The notes beneath the pieces were generated by a model that saw only the letters and a list, made by a program, of their open reading frames with translations, ran no database searches and was not told the DNA's origin. Positions 34,561-48,419 of a stretch of 64,000 bases of DNA are shown piece by piece. The stretch comes from Octopus sinensis (Eukaryota). The stretch is taken from NCBI RefSeq assembly GCF_006345805.1, contig NC_043003.1:22444001-22508000 (forward strand), read 5' to 3'. A program made the position numbers and the translations under genes. Numbering within the stretch: the stretch's first letter is position 1; the number at the start of each line of letters is the position of its first letter.

Positions 34561-35119
34561 ACGATTACAAAATCAACATCATTGATAACAACAACAGCAT
34601 TAACAACAATAATAGAAAAAATAATAGAAAAAAACATGTATATCAATTAGAATAATTAAAAAAGGGGGGTGTATTGAAAACGAGGAAACAAACAAAAGCA
34701 AACATAATCGATATAATTGATTAATTTGAATTACCTGAGGATCGAACCGACGATATCAGTATTTGTAATAAGATGTATATATGACAGAGGTCAGATAATG
34801 ACCTCCGTCCATCTACAGAGACAACAGACATGTCACCCGGACGGGTTTGGAGACCTGTTAAGTCTGGCCTACCTTCTTAAGGTTCTGTAAAGAAACTGTT
34901 GTTTGGGGATGGGGTGGGGGTAGGGGTGTTAAGTGGGGGTTGGGCAGGTGGGTGGGTGGTGGGTGTAGTGGAAAGTGACTCATCTTTCCTCAACCCTCGT
35001 TGCTACTCTCCCTCTTTCTCTTTCTCTCCTACTCCCTCTGCTTCTTTCTCTTTCTCTCCTACTCCCTCTGCCTCTTTCTCTCGCTCTCCCTCTTTCTCTT
35101 TTTACAGTCACCTGTCAAA

Positions 35120-35580
35120 TACTACCGCCATCACCATCACCATCACCACAACCGCTGTCACTACTATCAACATAACTACGACGACGACAACCACGACAAC
35201 CACCACCACCACCACCATCACCATCACCATCAACCAATACTACTATAAGACTCACCGGCACTAATATCTCAACCACCACTACCACTACCACCACTACCAT
35301 CTGTACGGGTGTCAACACAACCTTCGACACAACCAGTACCAATACCATCGCCAACACCAGTAGCGCCAGTTGCACTATCGACACCACCACTACCACCACT
35401 ACTCCCACCATCACCGTCACACCAGCACCACCACCACCAACACACCGTCACCATAATCACCAGCACCACCACCACCAGCACCAGTAGCGCCATCACCACC
35501 ACCACTGATAATACTATAGACAATAGCATCAAAACCACCACCACCACCACCACCACCAGCAACAACAACGTCAAGAACAA
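35120..35580. repeat. Cryptic (ACC/ATC/ACA) trinucleotide block
   Basis: Directly visible. Confidence 0.88.
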
Positions 35581-35789
35581 GAATCGGAAAAGAAGCCCTT
35601 TCCTGTTGTGCACCTGTTAGAAATAGCAGCAAAATCCACCCTCTCCCGCCTCAGATTTTAAACATACTCTCTTGGTTTATTATCAAAGGCTGGAACGCCT
35701 TTGATCACAAATAGATTTGCGGGTTCCGGGTTGACATGGGATTGGGAATAAACAACAACAACAACACCAACTACAACAACAAACAACAG

Positions 35790-35945
35790 TATCATCATCG
35801 TGGTTGTGTTGTAAGAAGCTTACTTCTCAAACACGAGGTTCCGGGTTCAGTCTCACTGCATAGCACCTTGGACAGGTGACTTCTACTTTAGCCTCGTGAT
35901 TGGATTTGGTAGATGGAAACTGAAAGAAGCCCGTCGTATATATAT
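35790..35945 (+). mobile_element. CORE-like SINE family B 5' half
   Basis: GGTTCCGGGTTCAGTC.CACTGC..AGCACCTTGG...GATTTGGTAGA.GGAAACTGAAAGAAGCCCGTCGTATAT. Confidence 0.8.
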
Positions 35946-36359
35946 ATATGTATGTCAGCCCACTTCAAACTTTCTTCGATCTTTCCTCTTTTCTTTTTCT
36001 CGCTCCCTATTTCTCACATTTCTTGGCCTTCCTTTCATTCTCATTTTCCCTCCTCTTTTACTTCACTCCGTCCCTTTCCTTTTGTCTTTCCTTTTCTCTC
36101 TTCCTTGTCCATCCCTAATTCTTCTATACCTCTGCCCCTACCTCTCTCCTTCCACATGACCGGTGTTCCGCCAAGCCTGACCTTTCTTTCTTGGTTCGAC
36201 TACAATCCGTGTAGCATCTCTTATAGTCCTTCCCATGCCTGTCACCTCTTGTGTCCCTGCCATAAGGCTTCACTTCCACACACGCCATCTTAATTTAATT
36301 CGTCCTTAGTCGAAAGACACCTGTTGTTAATGTCCTGTTGTTTGTATTTGTAAATGTGC

Positions 36360-36735
36360 ACCATTTCTAACTGCGTGACACCTTGGGCAAGTGTCTTCTA
36401 CTATAGCCTCTGGCCGACCAAAGCCTTGTGAGTGGATTTGGTAGACGGAAACTGAAAGAAGCCCGTCGTGTATATACATATATATGTGTGTGTGTGTGTG
36501 TGTGTGTTTATGTGTGTGTGTGTGTGTATATGTGTGTGTGGGTGCTTGTATGATTGTGTGTCTGTGTTTGTCCACCCCCACCATCGCTTGACAACCGATG
36601 TTGGTGTGTCTATTTCCTCGTAACTTAGTAGCTCGGCAAAAGAGACCTACAGAATAAGTACTAGGCTTACAAAGAATAAGTCCCGGGGTCTATTTGTTCG
36701 ACCAAAGGCGGTGCTCCAGCATGGCCACAGTCAAA
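36360..36735 (+). mobile_element. CORE-like SINE family B (5'-truncated)
   Basis: GTGACACCTTGGGCAAGTGTCTTCTACTATAGCCTC...(TG)n...GGCGGTGCTCCAGCATGGCCACAGTC. Confidence 0.88.
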
Positions 36736-37109
36736 GGCCTGCAACAACAACAACAGCAACAAAACAGCCGACAGAAACCGAAGGTCCCTGTTCCCACCAG
36801 TGACACCCTAACAACCCTCTCACCGCTACCACCACTACAACCCATCACCACTACAACCACCATCGTTATAACCACTGCGTTGCTTGCCACAACTGTTCCT
36901 ACTACTTCTGTGTCGAAACTCAACACACCTTTCGCCACCGCCACCAATTTGAGCCGTTCTCTCCAACCTTTTCTATCAACTGCAACCCTACTCCTTAGTA
37001 TCCGCCCCTCCCAATACGTTGTTTGCCCTTGTTTTGATTGGACCTAAAAATAAAGGACCTTGTTCGCAATAACGACTTGTATGCCCTCAACACCCCCCCA
37101 ACCCCCCCC

Positions 37110-37230
37110 CCCCCCCGCGCCACCACCGCCGCCACCACCGCCACCACCGCCACCACCGCCACCACCGCCACCACCGCCACCACCGCCACCACCGCCACCA
37201 CCTCCACCGCCACCACCATCGCCACCATCA
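37110..37230. repeat. (GCCACCACC)n 9-bp tandem repeat
   Basis: About 10 copies, directly visible. Confidence 0.95.
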
Positions 37231-37499
37231 CCAGAAAAATTGAAATTTTTGTTTGTTCGTAAATTTTTTGTAATTTTTTAAAACTTACAAAGACTATAAG
37301 AAAAAGTCCACCATGACCATCACCGTCTCCTAAATCGATTTACAGCATCAAGGCCACAACCACAATTACAGCCATTGGTCACGCTAGCACCACCACTACC
37401 ACTACACCACGACCAACAACAACACATATCATTATGTGTGTATATTTGCATAAGTATGCCTGGATATGCATGATGATGTGTGGGAATGTGTGTAGGTTC

Positions 37500-37570
37500 T
37501 TGCGTATCTATCTATCTGTCTGTCTGTCTGTCTGTCTGCCTACCTACCTACCTGCCTGCCTGCCACCTGC

Positions 37571-37613
<43 letters not shown>

Positions 37614-37626
37614 CCTACCTACCTAC

Positions 37627-37720
<94 letters not shown>

Positions 37721-37765
37721 GTCTATCTATCTGTCTGTCTGCCCGTCCGTCTGTTTGTCTGTCTA
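37500..37765. repeat. (TCTG)/(CCTA)/(TCTA) tetranucleotide block
   Basis: Directly visible. Confidence 0.95.
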
Positions 37766-37769
37766 CACA

Positions 37770-37895
37770 TGCTCGAAATGGGAAGTAGATAGCCGACAAC
37801 TGATGAAGGGTTGTTTTCCAATACGTTTGCGTATTTAACTTGTTTGTTTTCGTATTTCATGTTGTTTACACAGTTGGTGACGTCCTGTACCCATA
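37770..37895 (+). mobile_element. Decayed Penelope-LTR-like element with an eroded hammerhead remnant
   Basis: CTGATGA-A-GGG(TTGTTT)TCC-AATA-CGT (GAAA lost). The tail C.(C/T)ATTTCATGTTGTTTAC...GTGACGTCCTGTAC is also found inverted at ~51405-51445. Confidence 0.4.
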
Positions 37896-38034
37896 TATGC
37901 ACACACATTTATATAATAAATATATATATACACATACACATATGTATATTTATACACATAGACGCACATACATATATACATAAATGTATGTATATGCATA
38001 TTTATGTTTCTCTCTCTCTTCCTATATGTATATA

Positions 38035-38425
38035 TCTTTTCTCTTTTACTTGTTTCGGTCATATGACTGCGGCCATGCTGGAGCACCGCCTTTAGTTGAG
38101 CAAATCGACCCCAGGACTTATTCTTTGTAAGCCTAGTACTTATTCTATCGGTTTCGTTTGCCTAAGTGCTAGATACGGGGACGTAAACACACCAACATCG
38201 ATTGTCAAATGATGGTGGGTAACAAATACAGACATATACACACACCTACATATATATTTGTATATACAATGAGCTTCTTTCGGTTTCCGTCTACCAAATC
38301 CACTCACAAGAAGGACCTGGTCGGCCGGAGGCTATAGTAGAGGACACTTGCCCAAGATGCCATGCAGTGGGACTGAACCCGGAACCATGTGGTTGGGAAG
38401 AAAGCTTCTTAACACACAGCCACGC
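38035..38425 (-). mobile_element. CORE-like SINE family B, full length
   Basis: Reverse complement of the 41702-42100 type. Confidence 0.88.
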
Positions 38426-38459
38426 CTAGATACGCACACACACACACACATATACGTGT

Positions 38460-38762
38460 ATGTATGTATGTATGTATGTATGTATGTATGTATGTATGTA
38501 TGTATGTATATATACATGTTGTGCATGTATATGCGCATACATACACAAACACACGCACAAGTATGTATATTTGTTTATTTACGTACAATGAATGCCACTA
38601 TTTGCGGGTGGATAATAGGTGTATGTGTGTGTGTGAGATGTGTGCGTCTTTAGTGTGTTTGTGTATGGGTATGTATGCGTGGTTGCGTGTATGCATGGGT
38701 TTAAGTATACGTATGCAATAGGTGTGTATGTGTTGGTATGAGTTGATGTGTATGTTGCGTGG

Positions 38763-38795
<33 letters not shown>

Positions 38796-38817
38796 ATATC
38801 ACAATCGTATATATGTA

Positions 38818-38906
<89 letters not shown>

Positions 38907-38920
38907 ATATCACAATCGTA

Positions 38921-38970
<50 letters not shown>

Positions 38971-39020
38971 GAGAGATATATCACAATCGTATATATATAT
39001 ATATATAAATATATATACAC
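38460..39020. repeat. (TATG)n, (TG) cryptic and (TA)n arrays punctuated by three TATCACAATCGTA landmarks
   Basis: Directly visible. Confidence 0.92.
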
Positions 39021-39946
39021 ACGGTTGTGAACAGCGTTCGCCATTCATATATGATGTCCGCGCCCTTAAATTTAACAATGGAAACATCTGACGGAAAGAA
39101 AGACCTAAGTGGATCTAGTACGTCATTTTGTTTTCCTTTCTTCGCTAAAAATACAATGTATGTATACATACACTACATCTCTCTTTGTCCTCCTGGTCTT
39201 GACTCTTTCACTCGTTGAGTTACGGGGTTAATTGGGGCGTCGCCTCCGATGGTTTTAGGTTTTTTTTTTATCATATCAACCCCAATGCTTCATATATAAT
39301 ATATATATATCTTTGTGAGAATGTGAGTGTGTGTGTGTGTTTAGGCATGTATTGCTTTTATGTGAAGTTTATATAAAAGCAATTTGACATTACGCTGAAG
39401 AATTACTCAACACCTTTTAATAGAACACGTATTTATATATTTTTACAACGAAAAAATTGACAGTAACTTCGATGTTTTCGTTCAACAGCATTCTACATGA
39501 GTGCGCGTGTATGTATGTATGTATGTATGTATGTATGTATGTATGTATGTATGTATGTATATATATTATATATATATATATATGTTTGTGTGTGTGTGTA
39601 CACACATATACACGCACACCTTGAACTCTGCTGTGCATGTGCACTAAGTCTTAACGTTCTAGCTCACTTCCGCTGTTTACAGCAGTAATTGGAAGGAAGG
39701 TGTGTTGCGTTTAATCGTCGCATTAATTGAAAACAATATAATAAACCTTCTTGAGTATATCCCATCAATACTTAATATTTTATATGTTTTCCTTTTGTTT
39801 TTATATCCGCTCTAATGCGTTTTTGCATATTTTGCATAATTGGTTGGGGCAATTTTCTGCCATTCAATGTGTGATGCTAACATTTTTTCCTATTTTTTCA
39901 GTGAATATCTTATTGTTAACTTACCAGTGGTTAATCTTTGTTGAAA

Positions 39947-41103
39947 ATGTCTAGAAGAGACAGATTTCTGAAGCTCAAAGAGCTCAAATCATTTCATTGT
40001 TTAGAGATGGACTATCCCAAGTCAACATTGCAAGAAAACCGGAATGCTCCAGAAATGGTATCCAAACAACCACCAAAAAGTACAGTGAGATCAATTCTTT
40101 CGAAAACCGTGATAGTCACGGTCGCAAAAAGGTGTACAACCCCGAGGGAAGACAAGTTGCCGAAGAGGACATCTCTGGCCGATAGGAAAAAAACCCCACC
40201 TATTCTGATGTAGCTGCTGAGTTTCGGTCAGCAACAAAGAGATATCAAGTCGCACAGCGAGAAGAAAGTTATTAGAAGCTGAGCTCAAAGGATGTAAGGC
40301 GAGAAAGAAACCGTGGCTGTCTGAGATGAAAAAGAAGAAGCTATTCTCTTGGGAAAAAGAGCATAGAGATTGGATTTATGGTAATTGAGCTAAAGTTCTT
40401 AAGTCCGATAAAAGCAACATTTGAAGTATGTTCACAATATTAGTTTCCACCAATTTATTAGGCATAATTGAATTTATTACGCTTGTACGCATTTTTTATT
40501 GGCTACCAAAAATGATCAGTAAAATTTGTATTTCTTCTCAGATCTTTGGAACCCCTGGAGCTGTTAATGCTCGTCGAAGAGTTGGGGAAGCTTATGATCC
40601 TAGATGTGTTGTCCCAGCAATTAAATTTTGGAGGTGGTAGGGTAATGGTTTGGGGGTTGCATGTCGTTTTCAAGCCCAGGAATGTTATTCAGTTGCAAAG
40701 GCATAATGAATTCCAACACTTACAACAGCATGTTGGACCAAGATTATCAACTTTCCTTAGATAAAATTTTCAATGATACCATACCAGATGATATAATTAT
40801 TCCAACAAGCCAATACTCCATGTCACACATCCAGAGTCTCAGTGGGTTGGTTTGAAGAGAAAGGGGTAGGGTTGATGGAATGGTGCCTCCTCAATCTCCT
40901 GACCTCAACCCCACTGAACATTTGTGATCACACTTGGATACAAGAGCGAAGAGGCACAAATGTTCTTCAAAAGTGAATTAACAGCCAAAATTCATGAAGA
41001 GTGGCAGAAAACTGAGCCTACCACTTATGCCAGCTTAGTCTCAAGCATGCAAAAACGCATAAAAACGGTTATAAAAGCAAAAGGAGGACACATCAAATAT
41101 TAA
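39947..41103 (+). pseudogene. Frameshifted Tc1-family (DD34E) transposase with a probable 116-nt spliceosomal intron (40426-40541)
   Basis: HTH LSQVNIARKPECSRNGIQTT; GRKRCTTPRED; KSD(K)SN.E|IFGTPG; RVMVWGCMS; QQ(A)NTPCHTS...W..PQSPDLNPTEHL; RIKTVIKAKGGHIKY*. 34 residues lie between the second D position and E. TIRs not recognised. Confidence 0.9.
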
Positions 41104-41701
41104 TTATTAATATAATATACTCAAACATGTTTATTGTTATTTCAGTTATGAAATAAAAGAGTTTCAATCATATTCCCTACTTTTTCATAGGGTTGGAACG
41201 TAACTCCCTGGATATTCCAGGGATTGCTGTAATTAAGATGTACTTGCATAGCAAGTGACCTGATCTGAGATCGTGTGCTGGAACGAAAACAATTGCAGCG
41301 TGGAAGGTGTTTATAAGCCATTTAAGAAACACACAAAAACCGTTAGATTCACTTCAAGATTTAAATTTAATTTGTCAAAATATTTTCGTCGCTTTGAGAC
41401 CGCGACCTGTTCCCTGACAAAATTTCATGCTGCATCTATGTAATTAAGTTGATCTTACAAACAATAAATATATTCTGCTCTAGGTATTTATTTTTTCTAT
41501 TTGTCAGTTAATATGTAAACAGAAGTATTCACAAATATAATACCATTACTATATGTGTATGTGTCTGTTTGTGTGTGCGCTCGCGTGTGTTTTCGTACGT
41601 GTATGTGCGAATATTTCGTTTGATTATGTCGTACTTTGGACATTATCAAATACCAACTTTTGAGGACGTTGGTTGGAATTTGAGGGCTATCTGTGTGTTA
41701 T

Positions 41702-42100
41702 TAGGAGTGGCTGTGTGGTAAGCAGCTTGCTTACGAACTACATAGTTTCCGGGTTCAATCCCACTGCGTGGCACCTTGGGCAAGTGTCTTCTACTATAGC
41801 CTCGGGCCGACCAAAGCCTTGTGAGTGGATTTGGTAGACGGAAACTGAAACAAGCCCGTCGTATATATGTATATATATGTATGTTTGTGTGTGTATATGT
41901 TTGTCCCCCTCCACCAACATCGCTTGACAACCGATGCTGGTGTGTTTACGTTCCCGTAACTTAGCGGTTCGGCAAAAGAGAACCAACAGAATAAGTACTA
42001 GGCTTACAAAGATTAAGTCCTGGGGTCGATTTGCTCGACTAAAAGGCGGTGCTCCAGCATGACCACAGTTAAATGACTGAAACAAGTAAAAGAATAAAAG
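41702..42100 (+). mobile_element. CORE-like SINE family B, full length (reference copy)
   Basis: tRNA-like head GGAGTGGCTGTGTGGTAAGCAGCTTGCTT...CCGGGTTCAATCCCAC, CORE-like GGCACCTTGGGCAAGTGTCTT...GCCTC, internal (TA)/(TG), tail GAAACAAGTAAAAGAATAAAAGA. Confidence 0.92.
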
Positions 42101-42134
42101 AGTAAAAGGTCAAGTCGAGTGACCGCGTAAATCA

Positions 42135-42215
42135 GGCGTGGGCAAAATTTTTTCGAGACACGGACAGCATCTGACATGGCGCATCATCAGGTGGGCCGCA
42201 ATACTGCACGCAGGT
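42135..42215 (+). mobile_element. hAT-like MITE 5' fragment
   Basis: CAGGCGTGGGCAAAATTTTT...GGGCCGCA resembles Charlie/MER58-type termini; no partner end found. Confidence 0.4.
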
Positions 42216-42559
42216 GTGCACAACCCCATCCACCGCCCCTCCATCACATTAACACTTACATATATAAACACAGTTAAACGCAATGTGAAACACACTGACA
42301 GACAGATTGACAGATACACACACCGGCATACGTGTGCATGTATGCCTGTGTGTATATGGACATGTGTATGTGTTTTTATTTGACAATAGTCGTTCCTGAA
42401 TTAGCAACTAACGCTTATATTTCTGTGTTTAGAATGAAGGTATGGCTACTATATAGATTCATCAGTGTTTACAAGTGGTTTTGCTATGTATGTAAGGGAC
42501 GTCTTGTCATCATCACGCTTGTCTGTGATTATATTTATATACACCCACAGATACGTGCG

Positions 42560-42866
42560 CGTATGTACGCGCGCGCGCACACACACAGACACACACACAC
42601 AGACACACACACACAGACACACACACACAGACACACACACACACACACACACACATACACACTGATATGATTACATATAAATGGCATGTTTATATAAACG
42701 AATATACATAAATACATGATTTTTGTGAATGTTTCCATATACACCCACACACACACATATATATATATACATGCATATATGTATGTATAAACGTGTATGT
42801 ATACAGTTGTATATAGTTGTATATACACAAATGTATATTTACATATAAACATATCGAAACATACAC

Positions 42867-42912
<46 letters not shown>

Positions 42913-43265
42913 GCACACATACAAACATATATATATATGTATATATATGTGTATGTGTGTGTCTGTGTGTATAAATGTGCATGTATATATGTACTTGCAA
43001 ATATACACCCACATTCATACACACATAAACACATAAGCATAGATAAAGACATATACTCTTCATAAACCTATTCTCAGACCCGAATTCTTGCCGTCACAGG
43101 TACATAGTGACACATGTTTGCATTTTATTCCAACGAATTTACTCTACATAAATTGGCAATCATTTCTTTCTTTGTGTGTGTAGGTGTGTGTGTGTGTGTG
43201 TGTTTGCGTGCGTTTGTGTGTGTGTGTCTGCATGTGTGTGAGTGTCTCTTTCTTTCTTTCTTTCT

Positions 43266-43305
<40 letters not shown>

Positions 43306-43342
43306 TCCCTCCCTTCCCCTGTCTCTCTCTCTTTCACGCGCA

Positions 43343-43382
<40 letters not shown>

Positions 43383-43490
43383 GCCTCTTACTCTTTGAAT
43401 CAATCCTTCCGTATCGCCTTCATTCTGTTTTTCTACTCCATGTTTTTCTGTACACACGTACATACATATATATACATGGAGAGACCGAGC

Positions 43491-43528
<38 letters not shown>

Positions 43529-43700
43529 AAGAGAGAGAAAGGGAGAGAGAGGAAGAAGAAAGAGAGAGAGAGAGAGAGAAAGAGAGAAAGGAGAGAGAAG
43601 AGAGAAGAGAGAGAGAAGAGAGAGAGAGAGAAGAAGAAGAAGAGGAGAAAGAGGAGAGAGAGAGAGAGAGAGAAAGAGAGAAAGAGAGAGAGAGGGTGCA
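42560..43700. repeat. (CA)/(CAGA), (TA), (CTTT), (CT) and (GA)n blocks
   Basis: Directly visible. Confidence 0.92.
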
Positions 43701-43825
43701 TTCGTACATTGATCCATTTATATACATGCACACAAACTACACACACACATATACATTGTATATACATAAGAATATGCAAATTCAGATACATGCATCAACA
43801 GGAATGTCAGTATGACTTCTTTTCC

Positions 43826-43867
<42 letters not shown>

Positions 43868-44449
43868 GTGTGAGTGTGCGTGTGTAATATATTGAAAAAT
43901 AGTCAGTGTTTCTTCTCAGACGAAAGTCAGTCTCAATACGTTACACTTCTTTTCTTCCAAGGGTTTATATCCTAACAAAAGCATTAACTTTTTCTGTATT
44001 ATGTTTTTTGTTTTACCAGACGACCTTCGGATTTCTTGTACATCATTGTCCACACACACACACACCACACGGACACACACACACACGTATATATGTTTAG
44101 CTCTAAAGATAAAAGCTCATTCCTTAACTGTATATTGTCATAGCTAATACCCTTTGATCAGCTGATAGCGTAACAGTTGTCTCCCTTGCCTGCTTTTTTA
44201 TTTTTAGATTTGAATGCTCCTTAAGGGAGTTTTATTTTCTTTCTTGCTGTCTACAAATTCAGAAATAATTTCGGATGATTCATTTATGAGAGTAAACTCC
44301 CGTATTTGTCGTAACGATGCGTCATACGGATGCGTCAAAAGTATTTTAATACTCATTTGATTCAACATGCCGTATCGAATCAAATAAGCTTTTTAAAAAA
44401 AGATGCCGAGTTAGATGAAGATTTTCTGTTCATATTGTGTATAGTATTC

Positions 44450-44800
44450 ACTATTTATCTTTTGGCTTATTACTAGTTTCAGTTATTAGACTGTGGCACC
44501 ATCTTGAAGAATTTTTAGCCATCAATCCTAGTATTTGTTTTTCAAGCCTTGTATATATTCTACGTTGCGGAGGACGTAAACACACCAGCACTGGTTGTCA
44601 AGTGGTGGTGGATGCCACACACACACAGACACACATACACACACGCCGAGCTGCTTTCAGTTTCAGTCTACCAAATTCATTCACTAGTCTTTGGTTGGCC
44701 CAAAGCTATATAACAGAAGGCACTTGCCGAAGGTGCTACACAGTAGGACTGAACCCAGAACCATATGGTTGGGAAGCAAGCTTCTTACCACACAGCCACG
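44450..44800 (-). mobile_element. Diverged CORE-like SINE family B
   Basis: GGACGTAAACACACCAGCA..GGTTGTCAAG...GCTTTCAGTTTC.GTCTACCAAAT...TTACCACACAGCCAC. Confidence 0.8.
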
Positions 44801-45022
44801 CCTGCGCCTACAAAATAAATAATTCTCGCTAAAGGTGTATTTTCCTCATTATCCATCGTTGACACAGGCGGTGAATTGGCTGAGTGGTTAGAACGTCGGA
44901 CAGAACGCTCGTGATATTTGTTACGACACTCTACACCTTGAGTTCGATTCCAGTCAAGGTCAATTTTAGTTTTCATCCCTTTCAGGGCCGATAAAAATGT
45001 ACCATTCCAAGACGGTGGATTA

Positions 45023-45295
45023 TATATATGCGCCCTTTTCAAGCCTAGCCAGGCTCATGGGCCCGGTTTCTATGACGCCAGTCCATCGCAGCGTTACTCA
45101 AGAAACAAGAAGAAAAAGTGAGAGAAAGTTGGGGCGAAAGAGTACAACAGGGGTCGCCACCACCCCCTGCTGGAGCCTCGTGGAGCTTTAGGTGCTTTAT
45201 CTCAATAAACACACACAACGCCCGGTCTGGGAATGGAAACCGCGATCCTCCGACCGCGAGTCCGCTGCCCTAACCACTGGGCCATTGCGTCTCCA
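45023..45295 (-). mobile_element. SINE family C with a perfect 15-bp TSD
   Basis: CAAGACGGTGGATTA at 45008-45022 and 45296-45310. Confidence 0.93.
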
Positions 45296-45890
45296 CAAGA
45301 CGGTGGATTAGCGCAACCATAAGAAATTCGAGCCGTATTCTTTGCATATTCGTTCCTGTTCTCTGCACCCTAAGTTCGAATCTTGATATGACCTATTTAG
45401 GTGGTAGACTTAAGCCACCGCTCATTCTAACACCAATTAGCAGAGTCCACTCAGTCGTAAGCATTCGAGCCAGGCTTGCTGCTTGAAGATACTTCTTCAT
45501 AATGATTTGGATTAAACGTTCGTTTAAATTAATTCAGTTTTATTAATGATGTTTATTCCTAATTCAGCAGGTGTTGAAAGTAATTAAATTAGTAATTAAA
45601 TTATGATCTATCGGGGAAATTTATACTTTTTAGTTTTCGCTCCTTCTGTCACACACACACATGATTATATATGGTGAGATGCATAGCTTTGTGTGTTGCA
45701 CTCATGGTTGTAAGATTGTGGTGTCAATTCTTGGACCGGGCGATTCGTTGAGTTCTTGAGCAAAACGCTTCATTTAAAGACGTCCCCGTCCACTCAGTTG
45801 GCAAAAGTGAGCATCCTTCTAGAGAAGAATAACAAAGCTTCAGTCTTGGCATGGAGGTTCATAATCGTCATGGTCTATAAGCATAGCATC

Positions 45891-45894
<4 letters not shown>

Positions 45895-45929
<35 letters not shown>

Positions 45930-46050
45930 GGAGAGGGAGAGAGATAAAGAAAGAGAGAGATAAAGAGAGAGGGTGAGAGAGAGATAAAGAGAGAAAGAGA
46001 GAGATAAAGAGAGAGAGGGTGAGAGAGAGGGTGAGAGAGAGGAAGAGACA
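45895..46050. repeat. (GA)n cryptic block
   Basis: Directly visible. Confidence 0.92.
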
Positions 46051-47073
46051 GACAAATAGACAAGGGAAAAGAAAGGTTATTTACGAAAAGTATTTTTATT
46101 GTCATATCTTTCTTAATTTATTTCGTTTTGGGATTTGGTTTGCAAGATTCTTTATATGAGTTCGTGTGTTGAAGCATATTCTGTTGTGTCTGGGGAGAGT
46201 CATTTTCTTTTTGTGCCTTATAATTTAACACACTCACTGGTAAAATTTCCACTTATTTCTTATTTTTATTTTCCTAAAATTTTCGTTGCGTCTTGCAACC
46301 TTTACAAGAGTCTTGACTCTTAATCTACTTTTCAACGTAAAGCATAACGAGAAGATTAAATTCATTTATAGTTAAGTATTCTGTATTATTTCTCGTTATC
46401 ATTCTATGTACACAGACGTTTCACATATTTTTTATATCTCATCAGTGCAGTTCATTAAAGTCATTTGCTTTTAGTGGTTTCCTGTTATGTATAAGTCATA
46501 TGCTTACAGGAAAAGTGAAATGAAATAGAGAACTGACTGCAGATATCTTCGACCTCCAAGCTGTGCATTGTCCAATGACATTTACATATTTTAAGTTGCA
46601 TGTTGCTTTAGTTGGTTTGTGTGTGTGTGAGTTCATGTTTATGTATGTATGCGTATTTATGTTTGTGTTGTGTGTATGTGTTACATGAATGTGTATGCAT
46701 ATGTATAAGCGTTTATTTTGAATATTTATGTGGGTTAGTTGCTTGAAAATGTTGTCGTTGTGATGGTCACGGCGGTGGTGGTTTTGGTGGTGGTGGTGCT
46801 GTCGTCGTTTAGCATTTGATTAACCACACGTCGACCCTAACCGGACAAACCTGTAACCAAAGACATTCCAGTCGTGACCATCACCGTTTTTATTATTTCT
46901 AGGTATAGCTGAAAGCAAGGCTGTGTGACTAAGGAGTTTTCATCGTAACCACGTTTATCTCGAGTTTTGTTCAACTGCGGAGCACCTTGGTCAAGTGACT
47001 CTTGCTATAAGACTGGGCCCACCAATGCCATATGAATGAATTTTGTGAACGGTAGCTGTGTGGAAGCCTGTTG

Positions 47074-47134
<61 letters not shown>

Positions 47135-47319
47135 CTATCTGTCTGTCTGTCTGTCTATCTGTCTGTCTGCCTACCTGTCTGTCTGACTGCCTGTCTTTCT
47201 GTCTATCTTGTCTGTCTATGAAATACCCGTGCAATTTTGATATAGCTAAGTACATATAAGTACACATACATATACATACATACATACATACATACATACA
47301 TACATACACAAACATTTTT

Positions 47320-47505
47320 CGCTCCATTTTTTTCTTCTCTCCGTCTGTTTTCTTTCCTCATTCCTTTCTGCAGGAGAGCGTATGCTCGAAACATCAAAGA
47401 CTTCTTACATTTTTTCTGAGCGCCCAACTTGTGCACCTTGCTTCATGTTCCCGCATTTGCGTTCGTTTTTGGATTTTTGTTTTTCTTTTGTATAATTTTG
47501 AACAA
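47320..47505 (+). mobile_element. Decayed copy of the 14195-14395 element with an eroded hammerhead motif (47364-47399)
   Basis: CTTT-CTGCAGGA-GAGC(GTAT)GCTC-GAA-ACAT-C-AAAG: stems I and II retained, core damaged. Confidence 0.55.
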
Positions 47506-47550
47506 CACACACACATATGTGTGTATACATGTGTGTACATATATATATAA

Positions 47551-47606
<56 letters not shown>

Positions 47607-48419
47607 CAATTCACACATGTGACTTGTATTTAAATGTATATACGTTTGTGCATATGAAAGTATGTAGGACGAAGGTATGTATATGTGATTTTGTGTATCT
47701 GCGTGAGTGTATTTCCCTGTATTTTAGATATCTCTCCACGTAATAACAAGTGTGTGTGTGCGTGTACATGCTCACTTAAATACATCCACCCATCCACATA
47801 TATATATGCAAACACACACATATATACATACATGCATACAAATACACACACACACGTTTGTATGTATGTGTATGTGTACGTGAGGGTTTTGCTTCTTTTA
47901 CGTGTGTTTCAATGTTAATATAATTTATATTGGACGAATGCGTACGCTTATATGTATGTCTGTCTGCGCATGCGTGCTATTGATGTAATGTGTGAGTAAC
48001 TGTGTATACTTGCGTATGTTGCACGCGCGCGTGTGTATGTCTGTTGATGTGTGTGTGTGTGAGAATGTTTGCGTATATGGGTATGTTTGATGTATAAGAG
48101 TGAATGTCTTTATGTCTGTACTGATGTTTGTACAGGTTTAGTTAGTTAGGAATGTCACAGACCAGAAAGTTCAAGTTGTTCCACTACTTTAGGCTTCATT
48201 ATGGAATTATCAATTGTGTGTGACTATGTGTGTGTGCCTTTATGAGTGTATCTTTGTGTGTGTGTGTATGTGTGTGTGTGTGTTTGCGTGCGCAGAGCAA
48301 CGCGATATGATGTGTCTTACTTAAGGATACAACGCCCCACCCGGTACTTATTTTACCGACCCCGAAAGGATGAAAATCAAAATCGACCGCGGTGGAATTT
48401 GAACTCAGAACGCAACTCT

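Noticed and set aside
34872-34883. 12-nt micro-exon candidate (TTTCTTTACAG|AACCTTAAGAAG|GTAGGC, minus strand)
   Set aside because: Such motifs arise by chance; it has a stop in phase 1 and no other support.
39390-39435. CTGAAGA-ATTA...TAAT-AGAACACGTA (and similar remnants at ~43915-43950 and CTGACGA at 25535)
   Set aside because: GAAA core or stems are broken; too degenerate to call a ribozyme.
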